Source: Nitrosopumilus sp. (GTDB lineage Archaea; Thermoproteota; Nitrososphaeria; Nitrososphaerales; Nitrosopumilaceae). Taken from it: a stretch of DNA of 64,000 nucleotides. This document shows positions 31,414-40,322 of the stretch, piece by piece. The position numbers were made by a program, and so were the translations under genes. The stretch is taken from the NCBI GenBank assembly GCA_965249555.1, contig OZ252243.1:1088001-1152000 (forward strand). Direction: 5' to 3'. The number at the start of each line of letters is the position of its first letter. The stretch's first letter is position 1. The notes under the pieces are model-generated. The model was not told the origin of the DNA and did no database searches. It saw nothing but the letters and a program-made list of their open reading frames with translations.

Positions 31414-33138
31414 TTGTTGTACCACAAGTTTGCATTATTCATTATGATTATTGGTATTTTTACAGTTCCAGCTATTCTTCCAGGTGCATTTGGACATGGA
31501 CTTGGAGGAGATCAAGCACCACCTCTAACGTTTGGTGACATGGAAGTAACTGTACGAACACAACTGAGTCCATCTGATATTACAATAGGAGACATTAGTT
31601 CTGCCAACATGCAAGTACGTTTCTTCGATACATTAACTGATAAGAATCTTGACAAAGTAACATACAGAGTAGAACTATGGCAAAGTGGCGAACTTTTAGC
31701 CAGAAATTTGTTTTATGACCCAGATGGAAGATTGGATGTTAAAATAAAACCAATATCTGGGTGTGATGAATTTAATCTTATAACCTGTACAGATTATTTT
31801 GGTTCTGAACATGTTAGTGCTCCCGGAGCTCTATACGTACAAGGACCAGCATGTACTGATGATAACTTAGATACTTGTGGAAGAGCAACAATTCAGGGTC
31901 CAATATTTGTAAAAGGTGGTTTATACAAAATTACCATTGACATTGAAGCTGCTACTAGTCCAAGAACTGTACTTCTAGAAAGACTAACTTATGATACTTT
32001 TATTAGCATTGCACAAGAACAAGACTTTTTTTTCCAGACTGCAAACGCTGAAGAAATTCCAGTTGTTATAAAAACATACTATGATGAAGTTGATAATTTC
32101 AAATTTGATCAATCTGACAATTCAATTTCTTTTGATATGCCATTTGATTGGAGTCCAGATTATGTCGACTTGGTACAAGTTGTGCATGAAGAAGTCAGAG
32201 TTCCAAAATCATTTACACCTTATGCAGAAGGAAAACAATTCAAAGGATATGTTAATGGTATAGAAATTGATCAAAGAGCATTACTTAATGATCCTTATTC
32301 ATATGAGGATACCAACATTGTTCATTTTCTAATTACAAAAAATGAATTACAAAAAATTAATCAAGCATTGGGACCAAATAACTATAACAACACAAAGATG
32401 GACTTGAAACTAGTTCCACTTGGTAAAGTATCAAAAAGTTCAACTGAATTTTATCTTGTTGACACTACAAATTATGAAATACAAGTTCCAACCACTGTGA
32501 ATATTTCATGGGATGGAAATTATGGTGCCGGTGATGACGTGCCTTTTGAAATAACATTCTTTGATGAAAACAGAGATCTCATTAAAGACATTAGGTATGC
32601 AATTTCATTCATTGATGAGAATGAACAAGAATTAGAAAGATTCTCTGGAGATGATCCTCTAAATCCTGGTATTGTTTCTACAGAAGGAATTGATGTTCAA
32701 AAAATCCGTATTCCATCACAAGGACAATACCGAATTGATATTCTAGTTTATGGAACAGGATTAGACTATGACGCAAAGTATGCTGGCATTGGTTCAGGAG
32801 TTATTGAGATTGGACCAAGTCTCACAAACACTACATCACCTCCACTAAAAGTATCATCACCTTTCGCAATTCCATCATGGATTAAGAACAACGCAGGTTG
32901 GTGGTCAGACGGTTCAATTGATGATGATTCATTTGTTCAAGGTATTCAATTTTTAATCAAAGAAGACATTCTAAAGATTCCGTCAACTACACAAGGTCCT
33001 AGTTCTGGTCCAAATGAAATTCCATCATGGATTAAGAACAACGCAGGTTGGTGGTCAGACGGTTCAATTGATGATGATTCATTTGTTCAAGGTATTCAAT
33101 TTTTAATCAAAGAAGGAATTTTGAGGATTCAATCATAA
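31414..33138 (+). CDS. Secreted surface protein with two C-terminal [12 protein letters not shown] domains
   Basis: Signal peptide followed by HGLG. Shares the YxD...ISFxMPFDWS segment with the 21756 protein. Has a duplicated thaumarchaeal C-terminal module. Confidence 0.85.
   Translation: MLYHKFALFIMIIGIFTVPAILPGAFGHGLGGDQAPPLTFGDMEVTVRTQLSPSDITIGDISSANMQVRFFDTLTDKNLDKVTYRVELWQSGELLARNLFYDPDGRLDVKIKPISGCDEFNLITCTDYFGSEHVSAPGALYVQGPACTDDNLDTCGRATIQGPIFVKGGLYKITIDIEAATSPRTVLLERLTYDTFISIAQEQDFFFQTANAEEIPVVIKTYYDEVDNFKFDQSDNSISFDMPFDWSPDYVDLVQVVHEEVRVPKSFTPYAEGKQFKGYVNGIEIDQRALLNDPYSYEDTNIVHFLITKNELQKINQALGPNNYNNTKMDLKLVPLGKVSKSSTEFYLVDTTNYEIQVPTTVNISWDGNYGAGDDVPFEITFFDENRDLIKDIRYAISFIDENEQELERFSGDDPLNPGIVSTEGIDVQKIRIPSQGQYRIDILVYGTGLDYDAKYAGIGSGVIEIGPSLTNTTSPPLKVSSPFAIPSWIKNNAGWWSDGSIDDDSFVQGIQFLIKEDILKIPSTTQGPSSGPNEIPSWIKNNAGWWSDGSIDDDSFVQGIQFLIKEGILRIQS
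32868..33115. repeat. 98-bp identical direct repeat (period 150 bp)
   Basis: 32868-32965 is identical to 33018-33115. Confidence 0.95.
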
Positions 33139-33171
33139 GTTTTTAAATAAATTTTGTAGAGTGATAGTGTA

Positions 33172-33378
33172 ATGAAAGACATCAATGATATCATGCCAAA
33201 AGTCCCAAACATGAGATGGGGCGCTTTGATGAACAAAGCACCAACTAATGACAAAGTCAGTGAAATGAATAAAATTTTTCCAAGTAATGGGAAATGGCAT
33301 ACTGTTTTTGAAGAAAAAGATCAAATTACAATTGATGGAAAGCAAATTCGTAAAAAAGATCCTACCAAGTGGACATAG
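33172..33378 (+). CDS. Small conserved hypothetical protein
   Basis: 68-aa ORF with TATA-like TTTAAATA ~25-30 nt upstream. Confidence 0.7.
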   Translation: MKDINDIMPKVPNMRWGALMNKAPTNDKVSEMNKIFPSNGKWHTVFEEKDQITIDGKQIRKKDPTKWT

Positions 33379-33423
33379 TTTTAATAATGTTATTATACGA
33401 TTTTTATCAAATCTAAACATCAA

Positions 33424-34200
33424 ATGTTTCCATTACGTGATGAAAATCCACATCCCCCAGGTTTCAAACCAAAAGTAACTGTAGCATTAATTATTGCCAA
33501 TGCAATTGTATTTTTTATTGAAGTAGCAATTACTGGACAGTTTTTTGATTTTTCAAATCAAAATGCATTTGTAATGTTTTATGATTGGGGGGCAGTTCCA
33601 AATTGTGTGACTGGTGCAACTTTTTCTACAATTGACTTTGGTGCAGGACCTGTTAGAATTTCATGTCCTAGTACTCCATACATCTCTTTGATTAGTTCAA
33701 CTTTCATGCATGGTGGTCTGCTTCACTTTGCTGGTAACATGTGGTTCTTGTGGATCTTTGGTGATAACATTGAACAAAAGTTTGGAAAAATAAAATTTCT
33801 TGGAATTTATCTAATGTGGGGAGTGACTTCAGGATTAGTTCACGTCTTTGGTGATCCAAGCAGTGTTATTCCTGCAGTTGGCGCATCTGGTGCAATTTCT
33901 GGAGTGCTAGGAGCATATCTTGTAATTTTCCCAAAAGCAAGGATTCAGACTTTCTTGATGATGGGATTCTTTTGGAGAATGATGCACATTCAAGCTCGAT
34001 GGTTCTTACCATTCTGGTTAGTCTTTCAGAACTTACTTCCATTCTTCATAGGAGGATTTGGTATTGCAGGTGGAGGAGTTGCATATCTTGCTCACATTGG
34101 TGGATTTGTGATTGGTTTAGCAACTGGTTACATCTACAAAAAAACACACAGTTCTGATTTTATGTATGGTACAAGATATGGTTACAGATCAGAGTATTGA
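33424..34200 (+). CDS. Rhomboid intramembrane serine protease
   Basis: FMHGGLLHFAGNM, GASGAISG and AHIGG motifs. Confidence 0.95.
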   Translation: MFPLRDENPHPPGFKPKVTVALIIANAIVFFIEVAITGQFFDFSNQNAFVMFYDWGAVPNCVTGATFSTIDFGAGPVRISCPSTPYISLISSTFMHGGLLHFAGNMWFLWIFGDNIEQKFGKIKFLGIYLMWGVTSGLVHVFGDPSSVIPAVGASGAISGVLGAYLVIFPKARIQTFLMMGFFWRMMHIQARWFLPFWLVFQNLLPFFIGGFGIAGGGVAYLAHIGGFVIGLATGYIYKKTHSSDFMYGTRYGYRSEY

Positions 34201-34233
34201 AAACATAAATCGCTGAATCTATTTGGAATTATC

Positions 34234-34410
34234 ATGCCCTTGATTACAGTATCAATGTATCCTGGTAGAACACAGCAACAAAAAGATGAATTTGCAAAAG
34301 CAATCACAAAATCAGCAGTAGATATTCTCAAAACAAAAGAAAATCATGTAATTGTTGTTTTTGAAGACAATCCTAAAGAAAATTGGTTTTTAGCAGGGAA
34401 GCAGTTGTGA
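34234..34410 (+). CDS. 4-oxalocrotonate tautomerase family protein, 58 aa (not in ORF track)
   Basis: Translation MPLITVSMYPGRTQQQKDEFAKAITKSAVDILKTKENHVIVVFEDNPKENWFLAGKQL*, with catalytic Pro1, GRT..QK and NW..G motifs. Confidence 0.9.
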   Translation: MPLITVSMYPGRTQQQKDEFAKAITKSAVDILKTKENHVIVVFEDNPKENWFLAGKQL

Positions 34411-34784
34411 ATATCTGGTTATTTGTGTTCTAGTGTATAGTACGAGAAAATCATCTTTGTATGATACAAATCTAGATTTTTTATTATTTTAACAAAAAAG
34501 ATTGGGTCAAATTGCCCAATCCTTGGACGGTAGTAAACTAGCAGATGACTATTCTAGGAATACCATTAATCATTTGAGAAATTTCATTTAAAAGAGAATA
34601 GTAGGAATCATCAGTACGATCTATATACTATTTTTTCAAACTTAATTCAATTGGAACTGTCACCAAACAACTAATCATTGCTGGTCTTAAGATCCAATTA
34701 TCAAGATATTTTTTGTGCTTATTTACAATCATTCTAAAATGTAAACGAGTTTATCCTTTTATTGTCATTTGATTAATCAATCAT

Positions 34785-35591
34785 ATGAAAGTTGGAGTTG
34801 TTCAATTCAAAGCGTCAACTAAAAAAGAAGATAATCTAAAAAAAATTATTACATATATTTCAAAAGCATCTTCAAAAAATGCAACATTATGTGCATTTCC
34901 AGAATTTATGATGTTCTATACAAATTCTTCTCAAACTGCAAAACAACTTACAAACTTGGCTGAAACAATTAATGGAAATTTTGTTACAACGATTGCAAAA
35001 GCTGCAAAAACAAATCACATTCAAGTTATAGGCACATTTTATGAAAAGAGTAGAAAAAAAGATCGTGTATATGATACTTCTTTTGTAATTGACAAATCAG
35101 GTAAAGTAATCTCAACTTATAGGAAAATTCATCTTTATGATGCGTTGGGATTTAGAGAATCAGATAAAATGGTTTCAGGTTCTAAGATTACAAAGCCTGT
35201 AAAGACATCTCTTGGAAAAATTGGCATGATGATTTGTTATGATTTAAGATTTCCAGAGATAGCAAGAGCACTTGCTGTTGCAGGATCTGAAGTTTTAGTT
35301 GCACCTTCTGCTTGGGTAAAAGGTAACATGAAAGAAGAACATTGGATTACAATAAACAAAACACGAGCAATTGAAAATGGATGTTATGTAATTTCACCTG
35401 ATCAAGTTGGAAATATTTACTGTGGAAGAAGTTTAGTAGTTGATCCATATGGAAAAATTTTGCTTGACATGAAAAAGAAACAAAGTATAGGTTTTGTTAA
35501 CATTGATCTGAACAAAGTAAAACAAACAAGAAAAGTTTTACCATTGCTTAAAAACAGAAGAACAGATATCTATTCTACTTTGAAGGCTTAG
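34785..35591 (+). CDS. Carbon-nitrogen hydrolase (nitrilase/Nit family)
   Basis: Catalytic triad motifs FPE, YRKIHL and ICYDLRFPE. Confidence 0.93.
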   Translation: MKVGVVQFKASTKKEDNLKKIITYISKASSKNATLCAFPEFMMFYTNSSQTAKQLTNLAETINGNFVTTIAKAAKTNHIQVIGTFYEKSRKKDRVYDTSFVIDKSGKVISTYRKIHLYDALGFRESDKMVSGSKITKPVKTSLGKIGMMICYDLRFPEIARALAVAGSEVLVAPSAWVKGNMKEEHWITINKTRAIENGCYVISPDQVGNIYCGRSLVVDPYGKILLDMKKKQSIGFVNIDLNKVKQTRKVLPLLKNRRTDIYSTLKA

Positions 35592-36045
35592 ACTTTCGAC
35601 TTTCACAATTAAAGTTTGAACATTGTTTAGTCCATTTTTGATTTCGTGAATAACGAAAAATTATCATTGGCCATTTGCATACATCACAAGGTTTCTTTGT
35701 TGCTCTAAGTTTTGCTTTTTGTAATAACGGTGATGATGCTTTACATCCTCCATAATAGTTCGAACAGCCCATAAATCGCTTTCTTGTTTTTGGTGATCTA
35801 ATAACCATTAACTCTCCAAGTTTACAATGAGGACATTGTACCAGCCCTTTTTTTGGAGCATTAGTTCCTAGAATCATGTATTTTTTCTCTTTTGCAGACC
35901 AAGATAGGAATCCATTACTATCAAAGTATTGAATAATTTCTTTTTTGAAGACGTTAGTTTGTGACTTTGTAGTTTTTGCTACATGTCTCATTATGGTTTT
36001 TTTTATCTGAACAATTTGAATTTTCTTCTTCTTTGGTGACATCAT
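35575..36045 (-). CDS. Topoisomerase-type C4 zinc-ribbon protein
   Basis: CPHC..FMGCSNYYGGC and CDVC..CSNFNC ribbons. The start is probably 36045 or 36042, since the longer track ORF overlaps the thiolase. Confidence 0.8.
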   Translation of the reverse strand: MMSPKKKKIQIVQIKKTIMRHVAKTTKSQTNVFKKEIIQYFDSNGFLSWSAKEKKYMILGTNAPKKGLVQCPHCKLGELMVIRSPKTRKRFMGCSNYYGGCKASSPLLQKAKLRATKKPCDVCKWPMIIFRYSRNQKWTKQCSNFNCESRKSKPSK

Positions 36046-36085
36046 GATAAATTTACTAAAACAATTTTTATAGGGACTTGGGTCA

Positions 36086-37249
36086 GTGACATTAGTGGAA
36101 AAGGTTTGTGTTCTTGGTGCTGGTAGTACCAAATATGGTAAATTGGCTGATAGTATAGCCGATATCACTACTCAAGCATCAGTTTCAGCCATAGAAAGCG
36201 CAGGAATTGTTACAAAAGATATCAAAGCATCCTACATTTCAAATGTCTTTGGAGTTGCAGATAAGCAAGTACATCTTGGTCCTGTCTTAATGAGCAGATT
36301 AGGAATTCCAGATAAACCATCATTGACAATAGAGTCTGCATGTGGAAGTGGCTCTGTATCTTTTAGAGAGGCTTATGCAAATGTTGCAGCCGGATTTTAT
36401 GATTGTCTTTTGGTAACTGGTGTTGAAAAAGTAACTCACACAGGAACTGAATGGACAACAACTTACTTTGCATATTGTTCAGACTTTTTCTATGAAGGTC
36501 AAGCTGGTGCGTCATTTCCAGGATTATTTGCATCAATGGCAAGAGCTTATTTGACAGAGTTTGATGCAACTGAAGAAGATTTTGCAAAAGTTGCAGTAAA
36601 GAATCATGATAATGGTGTACTTAATCCAAAAGCTCACATGCAAAAGAAAATTACAATTGATGATGTAATGAATTCTCCAGTAGTTGCAAGTCCTCTCAAA
36701 CTTTATGATTGTTGTCCATTCTCTGATGGTGCAAGCTCTGTAATTCTTTGTTCTGAAAAGTTTGCAAAAGAAAATGGTGGCGATTACATTGAAGTAATTG
36801 GTTCTGGTAGAGGTGGTTCATCCGCTGCATTGCAAGGACGTGAACATCTAACAACAATTCCAAGTACAAAAATTGCAGCAGAAGCTGCATACAAAATGGC
36901 AGGCATTACAGCAAAAGATATAGACTTTGCTGAAGTACACGATTGCTTTACAATTGCAGAAATAGTTGACACTGAAGACTTGGGATTCTTTGAAAAAGGA
37001 AAAGGTGTTGAAGCTATTCGTGAAGATAAAACAAAATTAAATTCTGATATTTCAATTAATCCCTCAGGTGGTCTTAAATCAAAAGGACATCCAATTGGAG
37101 CTACAGGTGTTGGACAAGTAGTAGAAGTATTTGATCAACTTACCGGAAATGCTGGTCAAAGAACTGTTAACGATGCAAAAATTGGTTTAACTCATAACTT
37201 TGGCGCAACTGGTGCAAGTTGTGCTGTTCATGTGTTCCAAAGTGTGTAA
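36086..37249 (+). CDS. Archaeal thiolase (acetoacetyl-CoA beta-ketothiolase)
   Basis: ESACGSG, AEVHDCF and NPSGGLKSKGHPIGATG motifs. Confidence 0.93.
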   Translation: MTLVEKVCVLGAGSTKYGKLADSIADITTQASVSAIESAGIVTKDIKASYISNVFGVADKQVHLGPVLMSRLGIPDKPSLTIESACGSGSVSFREAYANVAAGFYDCLLVTGVEKVTHTGTEWTTTYFAYCSDFFYEGQAGASFPGLFASMARAYLTEFDATEEDFAKVAVKNHDNGVLNPKAHMQKKITIDDVMNSPVVASPLKLYDCCPFSDGASSVILCSEKFAKENGGDYIEVIGSGRGGSSAALQGREHLTTIPSTKIAAEAAYKMAGITAKDIDFAEVHDCFTIAEIVDTEDLGFFEKGKGVEAIREDKTKLNSDISINPSGGLKSKGHPIGATGVGQVVEVFDQLTGNAGQRTVNDAKIGLTHNFGATGASCAVHVFQSV

Positions 37250-37250
37250 A

Positions 37251-37616
37251 ATGTCCGTTGAAGAGCAACTTATTGAAAATGCCAAACAAGGCAAACTCCT
37301 AACTCACAAATGCACTGATTGTGGTTATCTTCATTTGTCTACAGCCTATTATTGCCTAAAATGTGGCAGCAAGGGATTTGAGGATGTCCTTTTAGATGGT
37401 GTAGGCACAATTGCCACTTATACCATAATTACTGTCGCTCCTGCAGGCTTTGAAAAATATACACCATATGCCTTTGTCGTACTTCAACTAGATGACACAC
37501 ATTTGAGAATTTCTGGATTTATGGCAGGAATTGCTACCCCTGAAGATCTGCCGGTTGGAATAAGAGCTAAAATAACAGGTTTTGATGATCGTGGAATCAT
37601 CATTGAAAAACAGTAA
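37251..37616 (+). CDS. DUF35 Zn-ribbon/OB-fold thiolase partner
   Basis: CTDCG..YCLKCGS followed by an OB fold. ATG lies 1 nt after the thiolase stop. Confidence 0.88.
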   Translation: MSVEEQLIENAKQGKLLTHKCTDCGYLHLSTAYYCLKCGSKGFEDVLLDGVGTIATYTIITVAPAGFEKYTPYAFVVLQLDDTHLRISGFMAGIATPEDLPVGIRAKITGFDDRGIIIEKQ

Positions 37617-37686
37617 AATAATTTGCTTGAATTATTAAAAAAAATCAAAATCGATTCTTAATAATTTTGCATAAGTGATCATTTTC

Positions 37687-37848
37687 ATGTCTGTAGAAGT
37701 TACATGTGGTAAATGTGGAGAAAAGATTACAAACATGAAGATGTTAAAATCCCTAAAAGATGTAATGAACTCATATAGTGGTAAGTGTCCATCATGTGGA
37801 CAGAAACTTTCTACATCCGAGTTTTCACTTGACGTCAAAGAAAACTGA
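37687..37848 (+). CDS. 53-aa CPxCG zinc-finger microprotein (not in ORF track)
   Basis: Translation MSVEVTCGKCGEKITNMKMLKSLKDVMNSYSGKCPSCGQKLSTSEFSLDVKEN*. Confidence 0.8.
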   Translation: MSVEVTCGKCGEKITNMKMLKSLKDVMNSYSGKCPSCGQKLSTSEFSLDVKEN

Positions 37849-38003
37849 TCCCAAAAGATCTCTTGACATAATCATTTTTCTATTTTTTTAAAAATTAGAT
37901 CTTTAAAATTAGAAATCTTTGTCTGTTAACAACAAATCTGATCAAAAACTGTCTGAATTGGTGCAGTCATAAGTCTTATTTACCTCTTGATTAAGAAAAA
38001 TGC

Positions 38004-40118
38004 ATGGAATTGGAAGAAGAATTAGATTCTGACTTAGATTCAGAACCAGAACTAAAGAGAAGTGGAATTTTACAGTCCACATCAAAACGTGTCAGAATGA
38101 TCTTCTCTGTTATGGCAAGTCCAAATAGAATTGATATTCTCCGAATCCTAAATTCTAAGGGTCCTTTGACTTACTCTGAATTAAAATCCCTGGCTGGATT
38201 CAAGTCTAAAAAAGAAAGTGGTAAATTTGCATATCACTTGAGAAAACTACTAAGACAATCCCTTGTTGCACTTAACAAATCTGAAAGACGTTATACTATT
38301 ACAAATCTTGGAAAACTAGTTTTGAGCTTGGCAAGACAAATTGAAGAAAGATCAATTATTGAAAGTGGGAAAATGTATGTTAGAACATCACATGAATCCA
38401 TTGAAGAGTTTAACTCTCATAAAATTATTCAATCACTAGTACGTGAAGGAAGTCTTCCATTAGAATTAGCACAAAAAATTACTGAAGAAGTTGAAAATAG
38501 AATTTACAAATATCAGACCACCTATCTAACAGGCTCACTTATCAGAGAACTGGTAAATTCCGTTCTATTAGAACATGGTCACGAGGAATATAGAAACAAA
38601 CTAGCACGCCTAGGTCTGCCTGTTTTTGATGTTCAGGAGATGATTTCCAACTTGGATAATGCGAATAACGGTGCTGAAGGCTTGCTGTTTAACACTGGAC
38701 AGAGAGTATTTGCTGAACATTTACTTACTAATATCCTACCAAAAGATGTTGCAGATTCTCATCTTTCTGGAGACTTGCATGTTACCAATCCTGGAATCTG
38801 GTCCATGATTCCTGATACAATATTTGTTAATGTTAAAGAATTGATTGAAGATGGAATTGTTCTTGGTGGCAAATATCTTGGCATATCAAGAATTCCTGCA
38901 TCAAAACAACTTGATGAGATTACAAGTTCATTATCTATCATAATTTCTCTTCTTTCCAAAGAAGCTTCACAAGAAATTGTGCTTGATGGACTAGTTCAGG
39001 TGTTTTCAAAACATTCAAAATCTCTTCCAGAACTTGAACAAAAACTAACTAATGCATTTGCAACTGCATCCACATCTTCCCAATACACCAAAAAAAGTAC
39101 TAACATCTCAATTCGATTACAGTTGGGAACTGATACAAAAATAATCAATTCAATTATTACTGCATACAAAAATTATACAAAGATAACACCAATCCCAAAA
39201 ATTGGTCTGATAATAGATCATGACAAAGGAAAGATAACTGATGTCTCAGCATCAGTATCAGAAATAATTTCACTTGGTGGAAAAGTAATGTTTGCTCAAG
39301 GTCAAACGTCTAGTAATGGTGTAACAAATGGATCTATAAAGAACACAGGCCCACTTTCAATAACACTGCAATCTATTTCTATAAATCTTCCAAGACTTGC
39401 ATTTGAATCAAACAAAGATGAAACTTACTTTAGAGCAAGACTTGCATTACTAATGAAACCTGCGTTATCTTCAATGGCATTAAGAAAGAAAGATATTTCA
39501 GATCTTACTAGAAGAGGACTTAACCCAATTCTTGCAAAGAATACTCAATACATGCAACGAAGTTCTGTTTCTCTTGTTGTAAACTTGGTAGGACTTAAAG
39601 AATCAGTCTTTAACATCCTTGGATTAAAAGACAACAAAGAAGGACGTAATATTCTTCACAAAGTTATTGAAACCGCAGTTGACGTTGCAGCCAAAAAAGG
39701 CAAAGAATTAGGTGCTCCTGTGGCTATTTGTATGACTGAAACTGAAGGTTCAAATCGTTTTACTACTCTTGATGGTGAGAAATATGGCAAGAATTCTGCC
39801 CTCAATTCAATGGATGGTGATTCCTATTCTGAAGGAGTGGTGATAAATGCCTCTGAAATTGGTGGCTATACCAACAAAAGTGAGCTTATCACCGAGTGTA
39901 CAAAGTTCTCAAAATTACTTAATGGAGGATTACTTGTAACATTGAAAATTGACAAAGATGCAAAGGTTGATGAAATCAAAAAATCAATTGAGAAAGCATC
40001 TACGCTTGTCTCTTCTTTTAAACCTGTTAAGAAAATTGCAATATGTGGTGAGTGTGGTTTCAAAGATGAACCATTTGAAGACAAGTGTCCAAGGTGTAAG
40101 TCACCATACATTGTCTGA
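38004..40118 (+). CDS. ArsR-type HTH + ATP-cone + class III RNR (NrdD)-like fusion protein
   Basis: N-terminal wHTH (SPNRIDIL..FAYHLRKL), ATP cone (VRTS..IEEFNSHKI), NrdD-like HLSGDLHV and SINLPRLA motifs, and a terminal CGECG..CPRC. Confidence 0.8.
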   Translation: MELEEELDSDLDSEPELKRSGILQSTSKRVRMIFSVMASPNRIDILRILNSKGPLTYSELKSLAGFKSKKESGKFAYHLRKLLRQSLVALNKSERRYTITNLGKLVLSLARQIEERSIIESGKMYVRTSHESIEEFNSHKIIQSLVREGSLPLELAQKITEEVENRIYKYQTTYLTGSLIRELVNSVLLEHGHEEYRNKLARLGLPVFDVQEMISNLDNANNGAEGLLFNTGQRVFAEHLLTNILPKDVADSHLSGDLHVTNPGIWSMIPDTIFVNVKELIEDGIVLGGKYLGISRIPASKQLDEITSSLSIIISLLSKEASQEIVLDGLVQVFSKHSKSLPELEQKLTNAFATASTSSQYTKKSTNISIRLQLGTDTKIINSIITAYKNYTKITPIPKIGLIIDHDKGKITDVSASVSEIISLGGKVMFAQGQTSSNGVTNGSIKNTGPLSITLQSISINLPRLAFESNKDETYFRARLALLMKPALSSMALRKKDISDLTRRGLNPILAKNTQYMQRSSVSLVVNLVGLKESVFNILGLKDNKEGRNILHKVIETAVDVAAKKGKELGAPVAICMTETEGSNRFTTLDGEKYGKNSALNSMDGDSYSEGVVINASEIGGYTNKSELITECTKFSKLLNGGLLVTLKIDKDAKVDEIKKSIEKASTLVSSFKPVKKIAICGECGFKDEPFEDKCPRCKSPYIV

Positions 40119-40322
40119 AATTCGTAAATGAAAAACTAGTTACGATCATTTTTCAAAACTTTTTGATCAGTTTTAGATGTAGCGATCATTGTTTTCATTG
40201 TTAAAGTTTTTTCAATATGAGCTTCATACTAGATGTGTCAACATTATTGAACCGAGCTTTGAGAAAAAATTGCAGAATCATTTATACCCACATCTATCAT
40301 AACACCTACGGGGAGACTATAA

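Noticed and set aside
37635-37838. 67-aa minus-strand ORF
   Set aside because: It is antisense to the more convincing CPxCG zinc-finger ORF.
38004-40118. Functional anaerobic ribonucleotide reductase (nrdD)
   Set aside because: The glycyl-radical motif is missing and there is no activase in the window.
40119-40322. Cobalamin riboswitch before nrdJ
   Set aside because: The region is AT-rich with no recognisable B12-box, and the TATA-like element is only ~40 nt from the start.
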